In this document: positions 19,129-28,545 of the stretch, one piece after another | Layout of the letters: each line of letters opens with the position of its first letter | How positions within the stretch are numbered: the stretch's first letter is position 1 | Source of the DNA: Bacteroidales bacterium | GTDB lineage: Bacteria; Bacteroidota; Bacteroidia; Bacteroidales; VadinHA17 | Length of the DNA: 64,000 nt | Direction: 5' to 3' | NCBI GenBank assembly: GCA_035527935.1 | Contig: DATKZO010000022.1 | Coordinates: forward strand, 76,666-140,665 | Notes under the pieces: model-generated | What the model saw: only the letters and a program-made list of their open reading frames with translations | The model's database searches: none | What the model was told of the DNA's origin: nothing | Made by a program: the position numbers and the translations under genes

Positions 19129-19992
19129 TTACTGATTATCAATATCATCAGCACTCCAGTCCTCCTGTAACCTGGCTTCTTCACGTGCTATAACTCTTTT
19201 TGATATCACAATACCTATCTCATAAAGGAAAAGCAAAGGGAAACAGACCAGGATCTGGCTGAAGATATCAGGTGGGGTTATTATTGCAGCAAGGGCAAGA
19301 ATTACCACGATCGAATGCTTCCTGTATTTTCTCAGGAATGATGGCGACACCAGACCTACTTTAGTAAGGAAATATGTTATTATCGGTAACTGGAATACAA
19401 GACCGCCCGCAAGTGCAATTGAGGCAACAGTTCCGATGTAGGATTTCAGATTGATCTGGTTATTGACTTCAGAACTTACATTATAGGAGCCAAGAAAGTG
19501 GACTGACAGCGGTACTATTACATAATATGCGAACAGTACACCGGTCATAAAAAGCATGGAAGAAAAGAAAACTGCTCCACTTGCATGTTTCTTTTCACTT
19601 GAATAGAGCGCCGGTTTGAAAAATCTCCAGAACTCCCAGAAAATATAAGGGAAGGCAAGAATGACTCCTGCAATGAGCGATACAGCTATATGAGTTGTAA
19701 ACTGCCCGGCCATCCGGATATTTATTATTTCAAATGGCTTGGAATTGATACAGAGGGCATCAATTTTAACTATCTTCCCCAGTTGGCAGAGCAACCTGTT
19801 GGTAAAGAACTCAGGTGACTTTGGAGCAAGAATTATTTTATCAAATACTATCTCATGATATATAAACGCAACGATGGCAACTACAAAGATGCTTAATACA
19901 GACCTGACAATATGCCATCTCAATTCTTCAAGGTGCTCAAGAAAAGACATCTCGTTATCACTCTTTGTTCTCTTTTTTCCTTTTTGGGTCAT
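19129..19992 (-). CDS. tatC: twin-arginine translocase subunit TatC
   Basis: MSFLEHLEELRWHIVRS and a six-TM TatC pattern. Confidence 0.93.
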   Translation of the reverse strand: MTQKGKKRTKSDNEMSFLEHLEELRWHIVRSVLSIFVVAIVAFIYHEIVFDKIILAPKSPEFFTNRLLCQLGKIVKIDALCINSKPFEIINIRMAGQFTTHIAVSLIAGVILAFPYIFWEFWRFFKPALYSSEKKHASGAVFFSSMLFMTGVLFAYYVIVPLSVHFLGSYNVSSEVNNQINLKSYIGTVASIALAGGLVFQLPIITYFLTKVGLVSPSFLRKYRKHSIVVILALAAIITPPDIFSQILVCFPLLFLYEIGIVISKRVIAREEARLQEDWSADDIDNQ

Positions 19993-20222
19993 ACTTTGTA
20001 GCTAACATAACTGACCTTATTTCAGCATGTAAAGATGAAAAAACAATTTTATCAAAACAAGTGCCGCCTGTTATCTCTTTCACATCTGATTTAAGCTGCA
20101 GGATGTGATGATAATTATCACTATTATTTTTATTTCACTATAGATTGTAATGAAAAAATTTGGTAACTTTATAATGAGTGATCCAGTTAATCAGATAATT
20201 GACTGGTTTTTGACTAACAGGA

Positions 20223-22403
20223 ATGGAAAAAAAAGCTTCATTACACAACTACTTAAAGAAGTACTTTGGCTTTAACACCTTCAAAGGGAATCAGGAGGAG
20301 ATCATAACGAATGTACTTGAGGGACTCGATACATTTGTATTAATGCCTACCGGGGGAGGGAAGTCACTTTGCTATCAATTACCGGCTGTGATTATGGAAG
20401 GTACGGCAGTTGTTATTTCCCCGCTTATTGCGCTTATGAAGAACCAGGTGGATGCCATGAGGAATTTCTCTACCGACGATGATTTTGCACATTTCCTGAA
20501 TTCATCCCTGACCAAAACTGCTATGAACAAAGTAAAGGAAGATGTATTAAATGGTCCTACCAAGCTACTCTATGTAGCTCCGGAATCACTTACAAAAGCA
20601 GAGAATATTGAATTCCTCAAGAAGATCACAATTTCCTTTTATGCCATTGATGAGGCTCATTGCATATCTGAATGGGGACATGATTTCAGGCCGGAATACA
20701 GAAGGATCAGGCCTATAATTGATAAAATAGGGAGGTCGCCGATAATTGCCCTAACCGCTACTGCCACTCCAAAAGTACAGCATGACATCCAGAAAAACCT
20801 TTCTATCCTTGAAGCAACGGTTTTTAAATCCTCATTCAACCGTCCCAACCTCTATTATGATGTAAGGCCAAAGATTAATGCTACCAAGGAAATAATCAAG
20901 TATATAAAGGACAATTCGGGCAAATCAGGAATAATCTATTGCCTTAGCCGCAAAAAGGTGGAGGAACTCTCAAAAACACTGGAGGTAAACGGCATTAAGG
21001 CATTGCCATATCATGCAGGAATGGATTCGGTGGCCAGGTCTGAAAACCAGGATAAGTTCCTGATGGAAGAGGCAGATGTTATTGTTGCTACCATAGCCTT
21101 CGGTATGGGTATCGATAAGCCCGATGTCAGATTCGTTATTCATTATGATATCCCCAAAAGCCTTGAAGGCTACTACCAGGAGACTGGCAGGGCCGGGAGG
21201 GACGGCCAGGAGGGAAGATGTCTTGCATATTACAGCTATGATGATATCCAGAAACTGGAGAAATTTATGCAGGGGAAACCCATTAATGAACAGGAAATAG
21301 GAAAACAATTACTGCTTGAAACAGCCTCCTATGCAGAATCATCGATATGCCGGAGAAAAACCCTGCTCCATTATTTCGGGGAGGAATACGATAAAGATAA
21401 TTGTGAAGCCTGCGATAACTGTCTGCATCCCAAGAAGGAATTTGAGGGAAAGGATCATATTGTTAAGGTCTTAAATGCTATAATAGCAGTTAAAGAGAAG
21501 CACAAGGCTGATCATATTACCAGGATACTGTCCGGGGTTGCCAACTCTGCAATAAAATCCTATAAGCATCATAAGCTTGAAATATTCGGTTCAGGCGATG
21601 ATAAGGATGAAAAATTCTGGAATATGGTAATCCGCCAGGCAATGATCGCCAAGTTTGTTGTCAAGGAGATTGAAAATTACGGGTTGCTGAAAGTTACCGA
21701 TGCAGGTAGGCAGTTTATTGAAAAGCCACAGTCATTTATGCTTACTGAGGACCACGATTATAGCGAAGAGGGTGATGAGGAAGGTTCATATGGCAGTGGA
21801 ACGGCAGCTGTTGATGAGGAGCTTTTCAGTATATTGAAGGACCTGCGGAAAAAAATATCAAAGCAGAAGGATGTGCCACCTTTTGTAATCTTTCAGGACC
21901 CTTCGCTCGAAGACATGGCAATACAATATCCTGTTACGGTTAAAGAACTTCAGAATATTTCGGGAGTTGGGGTGGGTAAAGCTCAACGATACGGATCGGA
22001 GTTTGTTGAGGTAATAAATAGATATGTGGAGGAGAAGGAGATCATCAGGCCTCAGGATCTCATGGTAAAATCTGTTATTAATAAGTCGGGCCTGAAAGTA
22101 TATATCATAAAGAGCATTGATAATAAGAGACCTCTTGAAGATATAGCAGATGCCAGAGGGCTTGAATATTCCGAGATACTTACTGAGATTGAAACAATTG
22201 TCAATTCAGGCACAAAGCTTAACCTATCTTATTATGTTGATTCTGTAATTGATGAGGACCGTCAAAAGGACATTTTCTCCTGGTTCAGGGAAGAGGCCGA
22301 CTCAGATTCGCTCGAGGTTGCCCTGAAAGAACTTGGCGATGAATATGAGGAAGAGGAAATCAGACTGATGAGGATTAAATTCCTTTCTGAACTTGGAAAT
22401 TAG
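20223..22403 (+). CDS. recQ: ATP-dependent DNA helicase RecQ
   Basis: FGFNTFKGNQEEII, PTGGGKSLCYQLP, DEAHCISEWGHDFRPEY, Zn-binding Cys cluster, C-terminal HRDC region. Confidence 0.96.
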   Translation: MEKKASLHNYLKKYFGFNTFKGNQEEIITNVLEGLDTFVLMPTGGGKSLCYQLPAVIMEGTAVVISPLIALMKNQVDAMRNFSTDDDFAHFLNSSLTKTAMNKVKEDVLNGPTKLLYVAPESLTKAENIEFLKKITISFYAIDEAHCISEWGHDFRPEYRRIRPIIDKIGRSPIIALTATATPKVQHDIQKNLSILEATVFKSSFNRPNLYYDVRPKINATKEIIKYIKDNSGKSGIIYCLSRKKVEELSKTLEVNGIKALPYHAGMDSVARSENQDKFLMEEADVIVATIAFGMGIDKPDVRFVIHYDIPKSLEGYYQETGRAGRDGQEGRCLAYYSYDDIQKLEKFMQGKPINEQEIGKQLLLETASYAESSICRRKTLLHYFGEEYDKDNCEACDNCLHPKKEFEGKDHIVKVLNAIIAVKEKHKADHITRILSGVANSAIKSYKHHKLEIFGSGDDKDEKFWNMVIRQAMIAKFVVKEIENYGLLKVTDAGRQFIEKPQSFMLTEDHDYSEEGDEEGSYGSGTAAVDEELFSILKDLRKKISKQKDVPPFVIFQDPSLEDMAIQYPVTVKELQNISGVGVGKAQRYGSEFVEVINRYVEEKEIIRPQDLMVKSVINKSGLKVYIIKSIDNKRPLEDIADARGLEYSEILTEIETIVNSGTKLNLSYYVDSVIDEDRQKDIFSWFREEADSDSLEVALKELGDEYEEEEIRLMRIKFLSELGN

Positions 22404-22495
22404 GATTAGGAATCAGGGATTTGGAATTAGAGATCAGGTATCCGGTATCAGGTAAGTCAGGTAACAGGTGCATAGGGTGCAGGAGGGCATGGGGT
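22404..22495. repeat. C-poor, G-rich degenerate heptanucleotide repeat tract
   Basis: C[AC]GGTA-like units start at 22435, 22442, 22449, 22458 and 22465. Flanking GGATTAGG / GGGATTTGG / GGGTGCAGGAGGGCATGGGG. Confidence 0.5.
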
Positions 22496-22692
22496 CGGCA
22501 GTTAAACGAATCAATGAACCGACAAACATTATTCTGCTGTTTTAATTATTGATGCCAGGGTAGAAATGCCGGCAAGGATTGACTTATATCTTCAGCCCTC
22601 AATGTTACACTTATAAAAATAATACGTCTTTAATATACTTTGACAAAAGGAGGTCAATAGTGATCAGCGATCCATAATTTATAAATCCATAT

Positions 22693-23574
22693 ATGATTCT
22701 GGAAACGAAACAGATAAGTAAGAGATTCGGGTCAATAGTTGCAGCCGACAGGATTGACCTTTCGGTAGGTGAGGCAACTTCCTATGGTATTCTGGGTCCG
22801 AATGGAAGTGGAAAAACCACGACCCTTGGGATAGTCCTTTCTGTAATAAAACCTGACCAGGGATGGGTAAAATGGTTCGGAAAAGAGCCGGCACCCTCCT
22901 CATTAAAGCAGATTGGCAGCCTGCTTGAGGTACCGAATTTCTTCCCATATCTTTCGCTGGCGCGTAACCTTGAAGTAATAGGCCGAATAAAAGAGGTAGA
23001 CCTATCTGAGATTGATCGTGTTCTTGACGAAACAGGCCTGCTTGACAGGAAAAAGTCGAGGTTCGATACTTTGTCTTCAGGGATGAAACAACGCCTGGCC
23101 CTTGCCGCTGCCTTGCTCGGTAACCCGAAAGTACTTGTCCTTGACGAACCAGCAAATGGTCTTGATCCTGAAGGAATTGCCGAGGTGAGGAATCTGATAA
23201 TTGACCAAAGGGAAAAAGGGAAAACGATTATTATGGCAAGTCATATTCTCGATGAGGTAGAAAAGGTATGTACCCATGCAGGAATTCTTAAGAAGGGTCA
23301 GATGATAGCCAGTGGGGAGGTGAGTGAGCTGCTAAAGATGGATGATGTAATAATAATAGGTGCTAACGACATACTGACCCTGAAAAAAATAGTGGAAGCA
23401 TCGGGTCTCGTAAAAAATATAACATTGAGCGGAAATCACCTTGAGGTGGTGCTGGCCAGGGGACAGGATGTATCTTCTATAAACAGGCTGGCATATGAGA
23501 AAGGTGTAATACTAACAGAACTCAGAGTAAGGAAAAGTACCCTTGAAGAGCAATTTCTCGAGCTGGTAAAATAA
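22693..23574 (+). CDS. ABC transporter ATP-binding protein (ABC-2/DrrA-like)
   Basis: GPNGSGKTT, LSSGMKQRLALA, LVLDEPANGLD. Confidence 0.9.
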   Translation: MILETKQISKRFGSIVAADRIDLSVGEATSYGILGPNGSGKTTTLGIVLSVIKPDQGWVKWFGKEPAPSSLKQIGSLLEVPNFFPYLSLARNLEVIGRIKEVDLSEIDRVLDETGLLDRKKSRFDTLSSGMKQRLALAAALLGNPKVLVLDEPANGLDPEGIAEVRNLIIDQREKGKTIIMASHILDEVEKVCTHAGILKKGQMIASGEVSELLKMDDVIIIGANDILTLKKIVEASGLVKNITLSGNHLEVVLARGQDVSSINRLAYEKGVILTELRVRKSTLEEQFLELVK

Positions 23575-23585
23575 GGACTGAAGAA

Positions 23586-24404
23586 ATGAAAAGGTTATTA
23601 AGAATCGAATGGGCGAAGATATCCTCATATAATCTGTTCAGGGTTATCTTAATTCTGAACACTACACTTTTTCTCCTGGTATTATTTGTGTTTTCCAGGA
23701 TTGATATATCTATCCCCGGATTTTCATGGAGGAATATCTACAGATTCCCTGGTATATGGTCAAGTTTTGCCTGGGTAGCAAGCTGGTTCAATGTTCTTCT
23801 GGCCATCCTGGTTATGGTGGTGACAGGTAATGAATTTGCCTCAAAAACATTCCGGCATCAGGTAATCAGCGGAATGAGCCGTAACGAATGGCTGGCCGGT
23901 AAAGGGATACTGATAACAGGGATAGCACTTTTCGCAGTTGTCCTGGTAATTGTTGCTGCCCTTATTTATGGATTTATTTTCACCAACGACCTGACCCTGC
24001 CTGTATTCTTTGAGAATACCGGAATACTGATTGTCTATTCCCTCCAGGCAATAGGATATATGATACTGGCCCTTCTGTTTATCGTGGTTCTCAGATCAAA
24101 CGCACTATCAATAATACTTTACCTGCTCTATTTCATATTTATCGAACCGGTAATAAGAGTGATGTGCCCACCTGAGGTACGTATCTGGTTCCCTGTCAAG
24201 ATAATCAGTCATCTGACACCTGTCCCTGAATTTTTTCAACTGGCATCACAATCTGAAAATATTAACCCCGATACTCTCACATTCGAAGGAATAGGACTCA
24301 TGGCCAGGCAGCTGCCGCAATCAACAAACCTGATAATGGCAGTTGCTTATATCATTCTGTTTGGATTCCTGACATGGCTTGTAGTTCAGAAAAGGGATCT
24401 CTGA
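23586..24404 (+). CDS. ABC-2 type transporter permease
   Basis: 272 aa with six hydrophobic segments. Starts 12 nt after the ATPase gene. Confidence 0.75.
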   Translation: MKRLLRIEWAKISSYNLFRVILILNTTLFLLVLFVFSRIDISIPGFSWRNIYRFPGIWSSFAWVASWFNVLLAILVMVVTGNEFASKTFRHQVISGMSRNEWLAGKGILITGIALFAVVLVIVAALIYGFIFTNDLTLPVFFENTGILIVYSLQAIGYMILALLFIVVLRSNALSIILYLLYFIFIEPVIRVMCPPEVRIWFPVKIISHLTPVPEFFQLASQSENINPDTLTFEGIGLMARQLPQSTNLIMAVAYIILFGFLTWLVVQKRDL

Positions 24405-24417
24405 AACCATAATCCTA

Positions 24418-25533
24418 TTACCAGCGGCTTTGTCCGAATATCCCTATTACAGAGGTAATAACTATGTAAAATGGGTAGATGATCTGCAGAGGCACAAAAT
24501 ATAACAGAAGGTTCCTTTTACCTCTTCTGGAGCCAATCTCTGAAAGGAGAAGAAAATCAGGCAGCGATTTGCACAGATAGATAGAAATTGCAGGAAGAAT
24601 AAACTGCGGGTTAATTATTGACAGTACTATCATCACAGATAGAAGCAGATTTGTAAAAAGAGTAATTGCCGCCGTAAAATATATCTCCCGATCCCTGAAT
24701 CTGATGTTTTTCCCTGCCCACCTCGACCTCTGCCTGATAAAAGAGGATAATGATCCCGGGCAACGGGTCTCAACAATTGCCTTATCATTATTCAGGTAAA
24801 GGATCTTTCTTCCTGATCTTTTTGCATACTGCAGCAGAAACATATCATCACCTGATGCTATTTCCGGATTAATTGAGTTCACCCAGTTGTCAGTTATGTC
24901 GGGTCTGAATCCCAGATTTGCCCCATTACACATAACCGGATGTCCGGCAGCAGCAGCTCCAGCTGTAACAGCCTGAAGGCTAAGAAATTCAAGATGACAG
25001 AATTTGCCTGAGATACCCGGCGAAACAGTTAGATCAACAGGACCAATGATCAGGTCGCACCTATTTATATTATAGAAATCCGCATAAAGCTTAATCCAAT
25101 CCCTCCCGATCCTGCAATCGGCATCTGTGGTAATGATCAGATCTCCTGTTACCTGCTCAAAGGCTGTCATCAATGCCTCTTTCTTCCCTGAACTTTTATT
25201 GGTCAATACCTTAATTATATCTGATTTGTCACTTGCTGATCTCAATATTTCATATGTGGAATCGGTAGAATTATCATCAATAAATATTATCTCAAGCAGC
25301 TCCCGGGGATAATCAACACTGGTGAGGTCATTAAGCAATACTGGCAGATTCACCATCTCATTATGTGCCGATATAACTACGGATATCCTTGTTTGATGAG
25401 CTGCGGGAGAAACCTGATCCTGTTTCTTCCCACCTGATGTATCACTATTCTTATCTCCTGTTTTTCTGAGACCGTTCCAAAAGAAAAGAAACAGTGCCAG
25501 ATAGGGGAGCGTTGTAATGACTAGCCACCACAT
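24418..25533 (-). CDS. family 2 glycosyltransferase, membrane-anchored
   Basis: ISVVISAHNE...FIDDNSTD...TDADC are GT2 motifs, with N- and C-terminal TM segments. Confidence 0.85.
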   Translation of the reverse strand: MWWLVITTLPYLALFLFFWNGLRKTGDKNSDTSGGKKQDQVSPAAHQTRISVVISAHNEMVNLPVLLNDLTSVDYPRELLEIIFIDDNSTDSTYEILRSASDKSDIIKVLTNKSSGKKEALMTAFEQVTGDLIITTDADCRIGRDWIKLYADFYNINRCDLIIGPVDLTVSPGISGKFCHLEFLSLQAVTAGAAAAGHPVMCNGANLGFRPDITDNWVNSINPEIASGDDMFLLQYAKRSGRKILYLNNDKAIVETRCPGSLSSFIRQRSRWAGKNIRFRDREIYFTAAITLFTNLLLSVMIVLSIINPQFILPAISIYLCKSLPDFLLLSEIGSRRGKRNLLLYFVPLQIIYPFYIVITSVIGIFGQSRW

Positions 25534-25539
25534 AGCATA

Positions 25540-26022
25540 TTACCTTAGCCACTCATACATACGGTAATGATCACTATTCATGCCCATGGCTTCGTATGTA
25601 AGGTGAGCACGATTATTATTGCTCTCAACATACAGTCGCAAACCGGCAACACCTGAAGAAAGAGCCAGCTCCCTTACATGGGTGTACATCTTCCTGAAAA
25701 CCCCATGGCGTCTGAATTCAGGAAGTACATATACCGACTGGAACCACCAGACATTACTGTTCCTCCAGTCGCTCCATTCAAAGGTTATCATCAATGAGGC
25801 TATAATTTTACCACTTTCTTCAGCTACAAAGTATTTCCCTTTGCCCGCGTCATTGAAAACTGCGTGCACTCCCTTGAAAATGGTATCACTGTCAAGAATC
25901 AATTCTTCAGTTTCTTTTGCCATTTGTTTCTGGAATCCGATTATCACTTCGCTATCCCGCTCAGCAGCTTCCCTGATGATTATATTCATAACAGAATGGT
26001 TATTTTCACTTTTTCGCATCAA
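25540..26022 (-). CDS. GNAT family N-acetyltransferase
   Basis: IREAAERD...VLPEFRRHGVFRKM is a GNAT acetyl-CoA motif. An alternative start at 25989 (MNIIIRE) would remove the overlap with GH95. Confidence 0.85.
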   Translation of the reverse strand: MMRKSENNHSVMNIIIREAAERDSEVIIGFQKQMAKETEELILDSDTIFKGVHAVFNDAGKGKYFVAEESGKIIASLMITFEWSDWRNSNVWWFQSVYVLPEFRRHGVFRKMYTHVRELALSSGVAGLRLYVESNNNRAHLTYEAMGMNSDHYRMYEWLR

Positions 26023-28477
26023 CGACTTTAATAATGTAATTTACGCCCGGCCTGGTGTCAAATTCAATTGTTCCGTCATCACAGGTTATGAATTCCACCT
26101 TTTTTCTACCGTATCTGATTTCAGGTTTCTGAATATTTTTTAGCCGGCATTTCTCTCCTGCTCCGGAAAAGAGTTCCAGTTCTGTTATCGTCGAATTCCG
26201 CCAGCTCATTTTTAACTCAAATGCACCCCTTGCGCATACTCCAATGAAAGCTCCATCCTTCCAGCTTTCAGGAAGTGCCGGAAGGAGGTGAATAACTCCC
26301 TCGTACGACTGCATAAGCATTTCAGTTATTGCTGCTGTAACACCAAGGGTTCCGTCAACCTGGAGGGGAGTGAAGCATTTTGCAAACAGCTGGTCATATG
26401 CCTGCTCCTTAATATAACCCCTGAAAATTTTATTTGCTCTTTCACCATCGTACAGCCTGGCCCAAAGTGCCATCTTCCAACCCCTTGAGAATCCGGTTCC
26501 CTGGTCACCCCTCTGCTCCAGTACCGCTTTGCAGGCATCGATCAGCCCGGGTGTTCTGGCAGGTGAGATTACATTACCCGGGTACAGGCCGTACATATGG
26601 GAAAAATGCCTGTGTTCTTTCTCCAGCTGATCCCAGTCATCTGTCCACTCCTGAAGGCTACCATCCTTACCGATCTGCGGGGGAACCAACCTTGACCTGG
26701 CATTTCTTACTTTCGCTGCGAAATCATGGTCGGTACCAAGAATGGCAGCAGCTTCTGTATAATATCCAAAAAGATCGGTTAAGATCTGCATATCAATAGA
26801 AGAACCGCTACATATAGTTGTACCGGGCCTGTATCCTGATGTAACCTCATCAAAATAGCGTTCATTACCGGGACTGGCCGGGAAATTCTCAGGCGAGGTA
26901 GAAGGATTGGTCACCAGCCATTTACCATTAGGATGTTCTACAAGGAAGTCCATAAAGAACTGAACAGAGCCCTTGATTACCGGATAAACCTCAGCCAGAT
27001 AATCCTTATCCATAGTATAGAGGTAGTGTTCCCACAGATGGGTTGTCAGCCAGGCACCTCCGGTTGTGAAAGTCCCCCAGGTCGGGCCGTCCATCGGAGC
27101 AGCTACTCTCCACAGATCGGTATTCTGATGAAATACCCATCCCCGGGATCCGTAATGTTCGGAAGCTACCAGGGAGCCCTGGTCTGTGAGCTCCTGTATC
27201 ATTTTTATCAGTGGTTCGGCACATTCCGAAAGATTGCCTGATTCAACAGGCCAGTAGTTCATCTCGGTATTAATGTTAGTAGTATATTTTGAGTCCCAGG
27301 ATGGATTCATATCCTCATTCCATATTCCCTGCAGATTGGCTGGCTGGGTCCCGGGGCGGGATGAAGCTATCAGCACATACCTTCCGAACTGGTATGCCAG
27401 AGCTGCCAGTGCAGGATCTTCCTCATTTTCCAGAAGTGCCATCCTCTGATCGGTTGGTAAATATGAATTTACTACAACCGGAAGATTGATCTTTACCCTG
27501 TTAAAGAGTGAGCTGTGATCATCTATGGTTTCTTTCATTATTTTCTCAAAGCCAAGGGTATCAATCGCTTTAAACACCTCATTTACTCTCAGATGCTGGT
27601 TTCCACTGACATTATTGTAATTGACAAAATTTGTTGCCGCTGCAAAATACAGGGTAACTGTATCGGCATCTTTAACTATCAGATCTGTACCATCAACAAT
27701 GATAGAACCGTTCACAGGTATTGCTTTAACCCTTGCCTCATACCTGATCTTTCCCTCGATTCCCATATAGTCAGCAGATTTTCCGGTCACTACAAGACCA
27801 TCTTTGCCATATGGGTCCATCCTCATATAATCAGTTGCATAATTGGAATGAGCCTGGTTCCTTACACCTCTCAGGTTTGCCTTGAAAGAGACTGACCCCG
27901 GTTTATCGGCTGTTATCCTCACTACGATTACCTGATATGGTGCTGAAGCGAAAACCTCTCTACTGTATTTTATCCCTGAGGCTGAATATTCGACTCCTGC
28001 AATCCCACTCTCAAGGTCGAGCCATCTTTTATAGTTTGTTATCTCACCTCTATCTTCTAAAAAAATGTGAAGATTTGCCAGACACTGATACTTCTGCTGT
28101 TCAACTGGGTATCCCATTAAATGACGTCCAAACAGATTATGTGCTTCCAGGAATTTCTCTTCGAAGACAAGCCGTTGGATCTCAGGCAGGATTGTGTGAC
28201 CTCCTTCCACCACAGTTGAATAGGGCCCGCCACTCCAGTATGTCTCTTCGTTAAACTGTATTCTCTCTTCTTCTGTTTTCCCGAATACCATGGCTCCAAT
28301 TCTTCCGTTTCCAACGGGCAGAGCCTCCTCCCATGCATCAGCAGGTTTGTTATACCAGAGGAGTGAAGATGGATCAAATTCACCTTTTTCGATCAGGGCG
28401 GGTATGTTATGCTCTTGGTTATAAGATAATTGTGAAGAAAATGTAATGCCCAGCAGGACGGTTATCAGTATTCTCAT
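26006..28477 (-). CDS. glycoside hydrolase family 95 protein (alpha-L-fucosidase-like)
   Basis: Signal peptide, then WYNKPADAWEEALPVGNGRIGAMVFG, a typical GH95 N-terminus. 823 aa. Confidence 0.88.
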   Translation of the reverse strand: MRILITVLLGITFSSQLSYNQEHNIPALIEKGEFDPSSLLWYNKPADAWEEALPVGNGRIGAMVFGKTEEERIQFNEETYWSGGPYSTVVEGGHTILPEIQRLVFEEKFLEAHNLFGRHLMGYPVEQQKYQCLANLHIFLEDRGEITNYKRWLDLESGIAGVEYSASGIKYSREVFASAPYQVIVVRITADKPGSVSFKANLRGVRNQAHSNYATDYMRMDPYGKDGLVVTGKSADYMGIEGKIRYEARVKAIPVNGSIIVDGTDLIVKDADTVTLYFAAATNFVNYNNVSGNQHLRVNEVFKAIDTLGFEKIMKETIDDHSSLFNRVKINLPVVVNSYLPTDQRMALLENEEDPALAALAYQFGRYVLIASSRPGTQPANLQGIWNEDMNPSWDSKYTTNINTEMNYWPVESGNLSECAEPLIKMIQELTDQGSLVASEHYGSRGWVFHQNTDLWRVAAPMDGPTWGTFTTGGAWLTTHLWEHYLYTMDKDYLAEVYPVIKGSVQFFMDFLVEHPNGKWLVTNPSTSPENFPASPGNERYFDEVTSGYRPGTTICSGSSIDMQILTDLFGYYTEAAAILGTDHDFAAKVRNARSRLVPPQIGKDGSLQEWTDDWDQLEKEHRHFSHMYGLYPGNVISPARTPGLIDACKAVLEQRGDQGTGFSRGWKMALWARLYDGERANKIFRGYIKEQAYDQLFAKCFTPLQVDGTLGVTAAITEMLMQSYEGVIHLLPALPESWKDGAFIGVCARGAFELKMSWRNSTITELELFSGAGEKCRLKNIQKPEIRYGRKKVEFITCDDGTIEFDTRPGVNYIIKVVDAKK

Positions 28478-28482
28478 CTTAC

Positions 28483-28528
28483 ATTGATTTTGACAGGTTG
28501 TAAAAATTGATTTTGACAGGTTGTAAAA
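28483..28528. repeat. perfect 2 x 23-bp tandem duplication between carB and GH95
   Basis: ATTGATTTTGACAGGTTGTAAAA at 28483-28505 is repeated exactly at 28506-28528. Confidence 0.95.
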
Positions 28529-28545
28529 TAGGTAAAAACAGAGAT

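Noticed and set aside
19993-20222. Expected tatA gene upstream of tatC
   Set aside because: The minus strand of the 230-nt spacer has no ORF with a TatA-like TM-amphipathic helix. tatA is presumably elsewhere.
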